Shown here: positions 38,011 through 47,542 of the stretch, piece after piece
Layout: each line of letters starts with the position of its first letter
How positions within the stretch are numbered: the stretch's first letter is position 1
DNA from: Armatimonadota bacterium
GTDB lineage: Bacteria; Armatimonadota; Fimbriimonadia; Fimbriimonadales; Fimbriimonadaceae
Assembly: GCA_031400935.1 (NCBI GenBank)
Contig: JANNQV010000017.1
Coordinates: forward strand, 1-64,000
Direction: 5' to 3'
Length of the DNA: 64,000 bases
Position numbers and translations under genes: made by a program
Notes under the pieces: generated by a model
The model's database searches: none
What the model was told of the DNA's origin: nothing
What the model saw: the letters and a program-made list of their open reading frames with translations, nothing else

Positions 38011-39497
38011 AACGACTACCATCTAAACTTCAACAGGCAGAGGTTCGGTCATCCGATACGATCCGAAAGTGGCAAGACCGCTTCGCGGCTGTACTCGTAC
38101 TAGCTTTTTTGACCGTGCTTGCAGCCCTTGGGCCCATGGGGACAAGGCAGGAGCTTTCACAGATTACGCTAAGTGGCGTGGACGATTCGCCAAAATGGAT
38201 CACCCTTGCAGGGATTTTGGGGCTCATCATCCTGAACGGAATCTTCGTCGCTGCTGAAACCGCAGTCGAACACCTGAGAGCCGTCCATCTGAAATTCTTG
38301 AAGGAGCAAAACGAACGCCAAGCCAAACGAGTTCAAGAAATGCTCGAAAACCAAGTTCGATACGCTTCAGCCTGTTCGCTAGGCTCGCAAACTGTCCGCC
38401 TGCTCATGGTGCTTGCTTGCTTCCTCTTGGCTCCAACAGCGACGAGATTGATGAATTGGGAGTTAACGTATTGGAACATCACGTTGGCGACGCTAATCAT
38501 CGCTTTGCCGATCGGGGTAATTAATCTCGTTTTTGGAGAGCTGATCCCTAAGAGTTTCGCTTCGTTGCACCCCCCACGAATCTCAGTTGTGCTAAGCAGA
38601 TTCATCCAGGCAGCTTCCTTTATCTTTGCCGCACCGCTTTGGCTGATTACCGTAGTAGCCAACTCGTTTACTTCGCGTTTTGGCGGAAGGGCAACGCTGA
38701 CCATGCTCAACGCCGCGGAAGAAGAAATCAAGACCATCGTTGATACTGCCGAGGTCGCTGGCGAGTTCGAAGTTGAGGAAAAAGAACTGCTGCATTCGGT
38801 ATTTGAGTTTGGCGACACGATTGCACGAGAAATAATGACGCCGCGAGTTGATCTGGATGCAATGTCCGTCCGGAGCGATCCAACAGAAGTCATGAAGCTT
38901 ATTCAAGAAACCGGCCATTCCCGAATTCCGCTTTTTGAAGACACCGACGACCAGATCGTCGGCATCATTCACGCCAAGGACATGCTTACCGCAATCGTAA
39001 ACAACAAAGCTCCGAATTTGCGAACGCTGATGCGCCCTGTGCTATTTGTGCCGGAAAGCAAAAACCTGCATGAGTTGCTAAAGGAATTGCGACATCACCG
39101 AACTCAGATGGCGATTGTTCAAGACGAGTTTGGCGGCACCGCGGGTATTGTCACGATCGAAGACATCGTTGAAGAATTGGTCGGCGACATCATTGACGAA
39201 TACGATGTTGAAGAGCCCGAAGTGCAAGAGATTCCAGGCGGATGGTTGGTGGACGGCCGGGCGCATGTGGACGACGTGAATTCAGAAATAGGCTCCGATT
39301 TCGAGAGCGAAGACTACGACACTATTGGTGGGTTGGTTTTTGGAGCTTTTGGCAGGCAAGCGAAACTGGAAGACTCAATTGATGTTGAAGGGTTCCGTTT
39401 CACCGTTGTTGAGACAGATGGGCGAAGACTTTCTAGGTTGAAGGTCGTAGTTGCAACTGAGCAATCTAAGGCTGAGGGGCTTGTTTCGAGGGAGTAG
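38007..39497 (+). CDS. Hemolysin/HlyC-CorC family transporter (CNNM + CBS + CorC domains)
   Basis: FVAAETA, GELIPKS, MTPR, HSRIP, DEFGGTAGIVTIEDIVEELVGDI.DEYD. Confidence 0.93.
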   Translation: MKRLPSKLQQAEVRSSDTIRKWQDRFAAVLVLAFLTVLAALGPMGTRQELSQITLSGVDDSPKWITLAGILGLIILNGIFVAAETAVEHLRAVHLKFLKEQNERQAKRVQEMLENQVRYASACSLGSQTVRLLMVLACFLLAPTATRLMNWELTYWNITLATLIIALPIGVINLVFGELIPKSFASLHPPRISVVLSRFIQAASFIFAAPLWLITVVANSFTSRFGGRATLTMLNAAEEEIKTIVDTAEVAGEFEVEEKELLHSVFEFGDTIAREIMTPRVDLDAMSVRSDPTEVMKLIQETGHSRIPLFEDTDDQIVGIIHAKDMLTAIVNNKAPNLRTLMRPVLFVPESKNLHELLKELRHHRTQMAIVQDEFGGTAGIVTIEDIVEELVGDIIDEYDVEEPEVQEIPGGWLVDGRAHVDDVNSEIGSDFESEDYDTIGGLVFGAFGRQAKLEDSIDVEGFRFTVVETDGRRLSRLKVVVATEQSKAEGLVSRE

Positions 39498-39643
39498 GGA
39501 GTGGCACTCCGGCGAGGCATAGAGCTCGTCCAATTGCTTCTCGTACGAGGTTGCTACAGCGACGAATACGATCCTATGATGAACGTGTCACACAAATAGA
39601 TCTCAATCCAACTTGTTCTGTGCCTTGGCAGAAAATCTGTACT

Positions 39644-39967
39644 CTATCCGCCAAACGAGCCAAGGCTTGGGGGAGCAGGAACACCGGAAGGGGTCTCGAC
39701 CTCGGGTTCGTCGCCTTCGTCTCCCCCGCTCTCCGTTTCGCCTTCTGCCTGTGCGAAACCTGGCATCCTAATCGTCGGCTTGGCCAGGGCCGTCGGGCTA
39801 GCACCGGATTTCGCCTCCTTGATTTCCTGGCGCGCTTCCTTCAGATCATCCTTCAACTTTGCGATCTCATCGGTAAGGGCGACGATTGCTTTTCCAAAAG
39901 TCTTGTATTCGGCAGAAATGCCGTCTTTGGCGAGGTGTCGCACTCTGTCCATCAGTTCGTTGTCCAT
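39644..39967 (-). CDS. Hypothetical protein (coiled coil with an acidic, Pro-rich tail)
   Basis: 107-aa ORF of protein-like composition in an otherwise empty gap. Confidence 0.6.
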   Translation of the reverse strand: MDNELMDRVRHLAKDGISAEYKTFGKAIVALTDEIAKLKDDLKEARQEIKEAKSGASPTALAKPTIRMPGFAQAEGETESGGDEGDEPEVETPSGVPAPPSLGSFGG

Positions 39968-40219
39968 CAGTTTAATAGTTCGACACTTTCCATTAGTTTC
40001 CCTTCAAGGAATGTCGTAAATGTCCTGGATAAGTTCCGGTCGCACCAAAAGAGCGGTTGCACGAACAAGAAGAGCCTTCATTCGAACTAACTCCCAAACT
40101 CGGGACGTTTGCCCGTGCTAACTTCCCAATATTACTTCAATCACTCTCAAAGCTCTCCAAATTCCTCATTTTCGCCCGACTCCTTTCAAATTGCCGCCCG
40201 CTTCAGTTAAACTGAAACC

Positions 40220-41635
40220 ATGGCCATGAAGTATTGGATTTCTCTTCTCGCTCTTGCGACTGCATCGAGCACATTTGCCCAAGGCAACCCCGACATTTTG
40301 AAAGCGATTATCGAAACCGGAAAATCGCAAAACCAGACCCGAATTCACCTTGAAACGATCACCGAGCAAATCGGAGCACGGCTCACAAGTTCCCTTGCCC
40401 TTGAGCAAGGCTCGATCTGGGCGATGGAACAGTTCACCAAATTCGGCTGCACGAACGTTCACCTGGAAAATTGGGGCGAGTGGCCGGTTGGCTTTGACCG
40501 CGCCAAGACCGGACATGTGGGAAGAATGACTTCGCCATCAGTTCGAGATTTTCAGTTCACTACGGCAAGCTGGATGCCAGGAACCAAAGGGCTTCAGAAA
40601 GGACGAGCAGTTATGGAGCCGTTGACAATGGACGAATTTGTTAAAAATCGAAGCTCTTTTCGAGGCGCATGGATGCTCATGTATCCTGCCGGAACAGCAA
40701 ATTTGCAAACCAAAGAAATCCGCGACGCGATTTTAGCCGAAGCGATCAAAGCTGGCATCAAAGGGCAAATTTCCGGTTCCAGGAATGAGCTAGTTCTTAC
40801 TGGCGGAAGATACAGCATCAAATGGGAAGAATTGCCCAAGGACGTAAAAATCACGATCCGCAAGAGCGATTTCGAGGCAGTTACGACTGCAATCAATACT
40901 GGCAAGAAAGTTGAACTCGAATTCGACTTGAAACAGAGTTTCCGAAAGGGACCGATTGTTCATTCAAATGTGGTTGCCGAAATTAGGGGTTCTGAAAAGC
41001 CCGACGAAATCGTCATCGTCAGCGGACACTTTGATAGTTGGGATGGCCCAGGTTCACAAGGTTCGCTGGACAATGGAACTGGAAGTAGCGTTGCTTTAGA
41101 GTGCGCTCGCATTTTGAATCTAGTGGGCGCTAAGCCAAAACGAACCATAAGATTTATTCTCTGGACAGGCGAAGAGCAGGGGCTGTTTGGTTCCAGAGCA
41201 TACGTAGAGGCTCACAAAGCCGAAATGCCTAAGATCAGCGCATGCTTAGTTGATGATGGCGGGACGAACTATTGGGGCGGATTTGTTGGACTTGAAACTC
41301 AGCGATCCTACTTCCAACCTTCCATTGACCTTTTGGTAGCTGCATTCCCAGAACTGCCGATGAGATTTAACGCCACTGCGCGAATGCCTCGCGGCGGCGG
41401 CAGCGATCATGCGAGCTTCAATGCAGTGGGTGTTCCTGGATTCTTCACGATGGAAACGGGCGTGAGCGACTACAACTATGTTCACCATACTCAGCATGAC
41501 AAATTGGCTGCGGCGATCAATGCGTATTTGATTCAATCAAGTACTGCGGCGGCGGTAACTTCGTACAATTTGGCATGTGCAGATTCGATGTTGCCGAGAG
41601 ATGTTGTTCCGACAACACCGCCTCCTGGGAATTAG
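40220..41635 (+). CDS. Secreted M28 family metallopeptidase
   Basis: Signal peptide; GHFDSWD, DNGTG, GEEQGL.GS, SDH..F, HHTQHD. Confidence 0.92.
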   Translation: MAMKYWISLLALATASSTFAQGNPDILKAIIETGKSQNQTRIHLETITEQIGARLTSSLALEQGSIWAMEQFTKFGCTNVHLENWGEWPVGFDRAKTGHVGRMTSPSVRDFQFTTASWMPGTKGLQKGRAVMEPLTMDEFVKNRSSFRGAWMLMYPAGTANLQTKEIRDAILAEAIKAGIKGQISGSRNELVLTGGRYSIKWEELPKDVKITIRKSDFEAVTTAINTGKKVELEFDLKQSFRKGPIVHSNVVAEIRGSEKPDEIVIVSGHFDSWDGPGSQGSLDNGTGSSVALECARILNLVGAKPKRTIRFILWTGEEQGLFGSRAYVEAHKAEMPKISACLVDDGGTNYWGGFVGLETQRSYFQPSIDLLVAAFPELPMRFNATARMPRGGGSDHASFNAVGVPGFFTMETGVSDYNYVHHTQHDKLAAAINAYLIQSSTAAAVTSYNLACADSMLPRDVVPTTPPPGN

Positions 41636-41668
41636 AACCGGACTCCACCCCCAACCCCCTCCTCATCT

Positions 41669-42526
41669 TCATTCTTCGGATAAGTAGGGGGCTAGCGACT
41701 TCACAATTCTCTCAAATTCATCATTCTCATACCTGTCGAGATCAACCAAGGATTGACTACCATTAACCCCACCGGCCTGAAACCACGCCTCAAGCGCCAA
41801 ATACAGTTTCCGGTCTGGGTCCAATTCGCTTGCCAATCGAATCGCTTTTAGAGCCTTCGGCTTCTGTTCTGCGCCCCAAAAAGCGACGGCGGATTTCATG
41901 AGAATGTAGTCGTCCCCAGGCGACAAATCGTGCGCCGCTTTTAGAGGCTCCAAGGCTTCTGAAAATTTTCGCATTTCCATTAGCAAATCGGCGAGCCAGT
42001 AGTGATAAAAGGAATTCGTAGGATCAACAATGGCGGCCCTTTCAGCGGCACGAATTGCGCCGGAAAGCATCTTTGCGTCTCTGCAAACTTCAGCTAGCTT
42101 GAAATGGTAGTTCGAATTGCTCGGCTCCGTTGCGATTGCACGTTCTAGTTGGTCTATAGCTAACTGAAACTGCGAATTCCGGCGATGAATTTCTGCTAAA
42201 ACAACTCTCGCCTCTGCACAATCGCCATCAGATTCGATTACTCCATTCAATATTGCCAGAGATTCCTCTTCTCTGTCCGACATTTCAAGCGCTATCGCCA
42301 AATCTACACGAGCCGATGAACTTCCCTTGGATTGTTCAACTGCTCGCCCAAAGTGCTCTAAGGCTAGCTTCGTGTTCCCTGCTTCCAAGGCCGCATTTCC
42401 GAGTTTCTTAGAATCCTCGGGTGTTTTCCCCTTTTTTGAAAGCCATGAAGGAGCTGGTCCGGCGTTTTTCGGGTCAAATTGCACAACACCGAACAAGTCG
42501 CTCAGATGCTTGCGTTCGTCGCTCAT
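41669..42526 (-). CDS. Tetratricopeptide repeat protein
   Basis: Several TPR-like units (LG..A...G....A...F..A; A...DP). Confidence 0.85.
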   Translation of the reverse strand: MSDERKHLSDLFGVVQFDPKNAGPAPSWLSKKGKTPEDSKKLGNAALEAGNTKLALEHFGRAVEQSKGSSSARVDLAIALEMSDREEESLAILNGVIESDGDCAEARVVLAEIHRRNSQFQLAIDQLERAIATEPSNSNYHFKLAEVCRDAKMLSGAIRAAERAAIVDPTNSFYHYWLADLLMEMRKFSEALEPLKAAHDLSPGDDYILMKSAVAFWGAEQKPKALKAIRLASELDPDRKLYLALEAWFQAGGVNGSQSLVDLDRYENDEFERIVKSLAPYLSEE

Positions 42527-44364
42527 AACTTAAGCTTACGCGAACTCGAAATATCCCTGCTTGAAGTTTCCAAAGGTCGAAATGCGAGCGTTATCGGGTA
42601 GCTGCTTCCAGAAAGCGGAATAGTCTGCAAAGTAAAGAGTCTTGAAGCTCCAGGCTCTAATCGAAGCCTCAGGATCCTGCGCTCGTCTTTGGGTTGAAGA
42701 AGCGGGGTACGAAGAATTTGCCCATTTACTGCAAACAGTGCCCCTGAATACCCTGCACTAGCTTCAAATACAACTTCCACATCTGCGGCAACTGATGTTG
42801 GATTTTCAACTCGTGCTCGAATCGTGTAGATCACGCCAAAATTGCCATCGAGGTACATTTCACCGCTTGAATTGGCGATTGGTTGCTGTCCAATTCTTAC
42901 AAAACTGTGCCGCCCGCCGACCAAATAATTGACATCTAGTTCCTTAAATGGCACAGGGTAAATGTGAGGTGATATCAGCGTACTTTCGCCATCATCCCCC
43001 CGAATCGGCATCGCACCTAGAACACGCCAAGGGGTATTCGATGCCAATGTTTGCGACCACCGGTAATCGGGTTGAAAAGGCAGTTTCGCATCTGCTCGAA
43101 CCATCACAGAATTTGGCCCGCCTTCCAATAGCGCGAGGTAAATCAGTCCGCTAACCGTTTCGTGCGGAGCCAATCGCTTAAGCGAAATCGGCAACGAGCA
43201 ATGAGGAGGAATCGTAAGAATCTCTCCCGAACTGCACATCCAATTTCGTAAAAACGAACCGCCAGCTTCAATGCCAGCAAATACAGGATTCTTGTCAACT
43301 TGCGAATCGCCAGGAATCAACAAGACCGTTGCGGGCCTATCAGATTTGTTTATAACTTGTGCGTGAAACAGAAGTCCCTTTCTAGCTTCATTCACATGGT
43401 GAAATAGCATCCGAACGGGCTTGCCGGATTGAATTCGCCCGCCAAAAACTTGACCGATATTCTCTAGCGTTTCTGGAAAATTGCAGTACCAAAGTTCAGT
43501 TTCACTCTGCACAACTTTTGGCGCATTTCGGATCACTACGTAAACGATGCCTTCACTTGTTTGAGATTCGGGTGCGGAAACATTGACCCGAACCGGAATC
43601 GTCTTTGCTTCTCCAGGAGCCAAAGAACCAATTTCAGGAACGTCAAAGCGAATTTCTGAACTAGGCGTTGTTTTCAATTGATTCCAAATTGCAGATTCAA
43701 CCGCCCCTTTGCAAATGGAACCGATCGCAGGAACCCCAGTTACAGTTACCGCGGCATTTTGGGGAAACATTGCCGCAAACGGCATCACTCGCACTGAAAT
43801 CGTTGACATTTGCGAACCTGAAGTCACGACTATCTTCGCTGAACCCGCCATGCCGCCTGTCAAAACTATATTGCCTGGCACTCTTCTAGCACTTACAATT
43901 GTTTCATCAGAAGAGGTTACTGATGCTTTCAATGCTAATCTTCCCGTCAACGGGATTCGAACATCCTTTCCATTCCCTATAGAAACAGATTTCGAGCCAA
44001 CGGAAAGCGGCGGAAGCGAAAGCGCCTTGTTCAGGTTCGCCGCCCATGATTTCGCAAGGTCAAGCGGACTTGTGTTTGCCGCTTCGGAATCTTCGGTCTC
44101 AACCCGAAAAACGCTTCGGTCATTCAAAAAGATTTGTGCTTCTGAACCTTTAGATTCGGCGCGGGCTTTCGCGCCGCCGGAATAACGATTGAGCGAAGAA
44201 ATGAAGGATCGGGTGCGGCTTGTGGGGTTTCCAGATCGAATCACCAATACCGGAGATTCATTCACATAAACAATGTTTCCAAAAAGCCGAGCCGGTGCGG
44301 CAAAAGCATTGCCACACATAAGCCCCAAAATAGGCCCAACCAGCCAAAGTCCCCGTTTCCCCAT
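42523..44364 (-). CDS. Secreted hypothetical protein with Ig-like / pilus-formation N-terminal-like segment
   Basis: Signal peptide from MGKRGLWLVG...AFA; SSDETIVSAR...IVLTG..AGSAKIVVT; coupled to the TPR gene by an ATGA overlap. Confidence 0.75.
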   Translation of the reverse strand: MGKRGLWLVGPILGLMCGNAFAAPARLFGNIVYVNESPVLVIRSGNPTSRTRSFISSLNRYSGGAKARAESKGSEAQIFLNDRSVFRVETEDSEAANTSPLDLAKSWAANLNKALSLPPLSVGSKSVSIGNGKDVRIPLTGRLALKASVTSSDETIVSARRVPGNIVLTGGMAGSAKIVVTSGSQMSTISVRVMPFAAMFPQNAAVTVTGVPAIGSICKGAVESAIWNQLKTTPSSEIRFDVPEIGSLAPGEAKTIPVRVNVSAPESQTSEGIVYVVIRNAPKVVQSETELWYCNFPETLENIGQVFGGRIQSGKPVRMLFHHVNEARKGLLFHAQVINKSDRPATVLLIPGDSQVDKNPVFAGIEAGGSFLRNWMCSSGEILTIPPHCSLPISLKRLAPHETVSGLIYLALLEGGPNSVMVRADAKLPFQPDYRWSQTLASNTPWRVLGAMPIRGDDGESTLISPHIYPVPFKELDVNYLVGGRHSFVRIGQQPIANSSGEMYLDGNFGVIYTIRARVENPTSVAADVEVVFEASAGYSGALFAVNGQILRTPLLQPKDERRILRLRLEPGASRLFTLQTIPLSGSSYPITLAFRPLETSSRDISSSRKLKL

Positions 44365-44420
44365 AAGTAAGCACCTAGAGTACCTTTCCCAGTACTTATT
44401 CCATGTATTGTCTGGAAAGT

Positions 44421-44555
44421 TAGATGGATTGGATGGGTCGTAGGGTTTGGGGTTTGGGGTTTGGGGTGCAGCCCAATGACCCGACACCCTACCCTATACC
44501 CTGATCCCTAAACCCCAAACCCTACGACCCAATTACCCTATGACCCTTTGAACCC
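44421..44555. repeat. Bipartite array with a perfect 21-bp inverted repeat
   Basis: GGGTCGTAGGGTTTGGGGTTT (44435-44455) and AAACCCCAAACCCTACGACCC (44510-44530). Confidence 0.92.
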
Positions 44556-44897
44556 GAATTCAATCAATCTCCAACGACCGAAACCTCTTCTCCGTACCGT
44601 CTAGATTCTCTGTTAAAACTTGATGAGCCGTGGCAACGCGAAGCTGAATCAAGGTCGCTTACTCTCTTTCCATAGCATCAACTGGAAACCGTTTTGTGTC
44701 TGCGCAGCCGTTCATCTCAATTTGTTCTGTGGCTGCCGCAACCCAATTCCGTAGCAGCAAGGGTTAAGTTTAAGAGATTGAACGCCGGTTCAGAAATCAA
44801 GGATTCATTGAGTTCAAAAACCTGGTATTTCAAATATCAACCTATCCCTTATACTGATACTACGTGCCTATTTCTGAGGGCGCGGAAGGAGCTCGAA

Positions 44898-46145
44898 ATG
44901 ATAAGAGTAGAAACTAATTTATTGACGTGTGTTTCCGTTGTTTTGGCGGTGCTGGCAGCACCATTTGCAAGGGCGACGATTATTGTGCCGACTAATCAAC
45001 CCACAATTCAAGCCGCAATCAATGCCGCGCTGCCAGGTGAAGACATCTTCGTCCTGGCTGGAACCTATCCCGAAGGAACGATCAACGTGACGCTTCCTGT
45101 GCAGATCTATGGACCAAATGTCGGCGTGACTCCGACACAGGCTCGGGCAACGGAAGCGCGGATCTTGGGGGGATTCGTGCTGACGTCTGACAACGTAACC
45201 ATTCAAGGTCTCGAAATTATGGAGTGGGCCGCAGATCCCTTTTCGTTTAGACGTGCAGTTTCGGGGCCGCAGGCGCTTAATGGGATCGACATTTCCTACA
45301 ACTGGATGCACCAGCCCATCGCCGCCGGTATAACCGTAGCAGTGGAAATGGGCGATTATAATCTCGGTGTCCGATCCAGCAACCTTGCGATCCGATCTAA
45401 TCTTATCAACGACCAAGTGCCTGGAGTAGGCACAGGAATATTTTTGTATGCATCAGACGGCGCTGAGGTCGTTGGCAACATGATCGTCATGGCAACGGTA
45501 ACGACAGCAAATGGAGACTATGGTTTTCCTGGAATTGTCCTCGATGGAGTCCATAGCGCAATAGTGGCGAAGAACGACATTGACGTTGGCCAATCAAATC
45601 CAAATAACAGCAGTGCCGCATATGGAATCGGAGTTCAAGCTGGCTTAGACGATATCCACGATGTGCGCATCGCGAACAATCGGATCAGGAACTGTGTTTC
45701 GGGAGTGCTATCGAGCAGCCTAGGATTTGCCGTACGTAATCTTTCGATCTCAAAGAACGAAATCGTCGCCAGGATGTTCGGAGTTCAATTTCAAGCAATA
45801 AACGTTGGGACAAATGCGGTATCTCACGATGTCGTGTCAATCAACAACAATCACTTTACGGCCGGCAACTATTGTGTCGGCATTTTAGGAGGATCAGCGC
45901 CAAGTCGAACAATGTCGGATTTCGTGATTCGACGCAATTGCTTCGCCGCCACAACAGGTTCGACCGGAGTGTTCGGCGTTGTCCTTTCCTCGAACGCGAC
46001 CATTCCGACGAATGGAGGCGTCGTGGATGCGAGGTTCAACTACTGGGACGCCGCGAACGGACCCTCTACGGTTGGCACCGGCTCAGGTTTAAGAGTAGGT
46101 ACGCGAGTGGATTTCAGGCGTTGGCTCGAAACCTGTCCGCATTAA
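44898..46145 (+). CDS. Secreted right-handed parallel beta-helix protein
   Basis: AAGGAG RBS, signal peptide, VP...PTIQAAINAA.PG..I.V.AGTY.E, repeated I..N.I, DARFNYW....GP. Confidence 0.88.
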   Translation: MIRVETNLLTCVSVVLAVLAAPFARATIIVPTNQPTIQAAINAALPGEDIFVLAGTYPEGTINVTLPVQIYGPNVGVTPTQARATEARILGGFVLTSDNVTIQGLEIMEWAADPFSFRRAVSGPQALNGIDISYNWMHQPIAAGITVAVEMGDYNLGVRSSNLAIRSNLINDQVPGVGTGIFLYASDGAEVVGNMIVMATVTTANGDYGFPGIVLDGVHSAIVAKNDIDVGQSNPNNSSAAYGIGVQAGLDDIHDVRIANNRIRNCVSGVLSSSLGFAVRNLSISKNEIVARMFGVQFQAINVGTNAVSHDVVSINNNHFTAGNYCVGILGGSAPSRTMSDFVIRRNCFAATTGSTGVFGVVLSSNATIPTNGGVVDARFNYWDAANGPSTVGTGSGLRVGTRVDFRRWLETCPH

Positions 46146-46162
46146 AAGGACTTGAAGGCAAG

Positions 46163-46417
46163 TGGGACATAGGGGACGTGGCAGGCGCCGAAGCCGTTCG
46201 TCCCTTTTAGATTCCTTAGGGAAGCAAGATGCGCAGATGGATTGGATGGTTCGTAGGGTTTAGGGTATGGGGTGCAGCCCAATGACCCAATGTCCCGACA
46301 CCCTACCCTATACCCCGAACCCATTCACTGCAGTGACTCATTTACCCAATGACCCGACACCCTATACCCTGAACCCTAAACCCATTTGCCTAACTGACCC
46401 AGTGACCCAATCACCCC
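46163..46417. repeat. Bipartite array; direct-repeat copy of the 44421 element
   Basis: AGATGGATTGGATGGTTCGTAGGGTTTAGGG...GGGGTGCAGCCCAATGACCC...CCCGACACCCTACCCTATACCC shared with 44422-44501. Confidence 0.9.
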
Positions 46418-46418
46418 G

Positions 46419-46844
46419 TCAGTCAATCTCCAGCGTCCGAAACCTCTTTTCAGTCCCGTCCAGATTTTCCGTAAGAACATGATACGCCCATGCCACGCGC
46501 CGCTGAATGAGCGCTGCCTGCTCGCGTTCCTTCGAGTCCACTGGGAAGCGCTTTGGATCTGCACGGTCGCTGAGTTCGATGTACTTTTTTCGGATTTCGA
46601 CGAACTTCGCTTTCTCCGGCACTCCCAGTAGCTTTCGTGCATAAGCGGGCCTTTCAGCATCGGTCAATTCGCGAGTTGTGACGATGTATTCCTCTACCTC
46701 TTCAGATGGACGATGTGATCTAGGAGACTTTAGTGCCTCTTCAAGCTCCTTTTCCGCCGATTCGTAGTCAACTCCAGATATGCGGTCCCATTCGCGGCCA
46801 ACATAGCCGCGCAAGATGTCGTACGCTCGCTTCCCTTCGCTCAT
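46419..46844 (-). CDS. J-domain-like protein lacking the HPD motif
   Basis: ARKLLGV...A.FVEIRKKYIEL...ADPKRF...VAWAYHVL. Confidence 0.7.
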   Translation of the reverse strand: MSEGKRAYDILRGYVGREWDRISGVDYESAEKELEEALKSPRSHRPSEEVEEYIVTTRELTDAERPAYARKLLGVPEKAKFVEIRKKYIELSDRADPKRFPVDSKEREQAALIQRRVAWAYHVLTENLDGTEKRFRTLEID

Positions 46845-47542
46845 GATTTGACTCCGAAGACCTGTTCGGCTTCGTCAAATGAGTTCGTAAGTGCATGAAG
46901 TTGAGATAATGTTTCTCGCATAGTTTCCTGTTCGCCTTCGCTTCCTGAAGTCGCTGCCAAAGCAAGCCTTGTTCTCAATTCTGACAAAAGTGCGACGGCT
47001 TGTGAAAGGTTAGCATCAATCCCTTGAATTGCCACTCTAGCCCTCTGCACTTGTTCAAGTTGAGATTCGTGAGCTTGAATTCCTGATTCTAACATTTCGC
47101 GCTCTGGTTGGGTTGTTGCCAACTCTACATTTGCCCGGAGCCGAGTGATCGTTGCCTCAAGATTTGAGGAGCTATTCAATGCGCTGTTCAATTGGTCACG
47201 AGTGTTCAACAGCTTAATTGACTGCTCCATTAGATTATCGCACTCTTCCTGAGCTTCCTTTCCCATGACTCTGACGAGTCCATTATCCTTATTGATTTCA
47301 ATAATCTCGTTGATCTCTCGGCCTAGCTTGACAAGTGGCATCAGCCGAGATCGGTTTTCATTCTTGACTTGATCTAGCGGATGTGAGTTGCGAGATTGAG
47401 ACGACAATTTAAAACTGCCTGCAAGTATCATAACGACGAATCCGCCAAAACCGAGCACCATCATCTCAGGGCGTTGAAGGATCAGACCCATAAATCCGAG
47501 GCCAACAAACATCCAGCCTACAGGATGAATCTTGAATTTCAA
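46841..47542 (-). CDS. Hypothetical membrane-anchored helical protein
   Basis: Two N-terminal TM helices, then a long coiled-coil region; ATGA overlaps on both sides. Confidence 0.75.
   Translation of the reverse strand: MKFKIHPVGWMFVGLGFMGLILQRPEMMVLGFGGFVVMILAGSFKLSSQSRNSHPLDQVKNENRSRLMPLVKLGREINEIIEINKDNGLVRVMGKEAQEECDNLMEQSIKLLNTRDQLNSALNSSSNLEATITRLRANVELATTQPEREMLESGIQAHESQLEQVQRARVAIQGIDANLSQAVALLSELRTRLALAATSGSEGEQETMRETLSQLHALTNSFDEAEQVFGVKS

Noticed and set aside
39551..40090. 179-aa plus-strand ORF
   Set aside because: Shadow of the minus-strand 39644-39967 ORF, with no protein-like pattern.
44619..44645. Hammerhead-like TGATGAG...CGAA segment
   Set aside because: The core deviates (TTGATGA, GAAG), stem II is imperfect and stems I and III could not be found.
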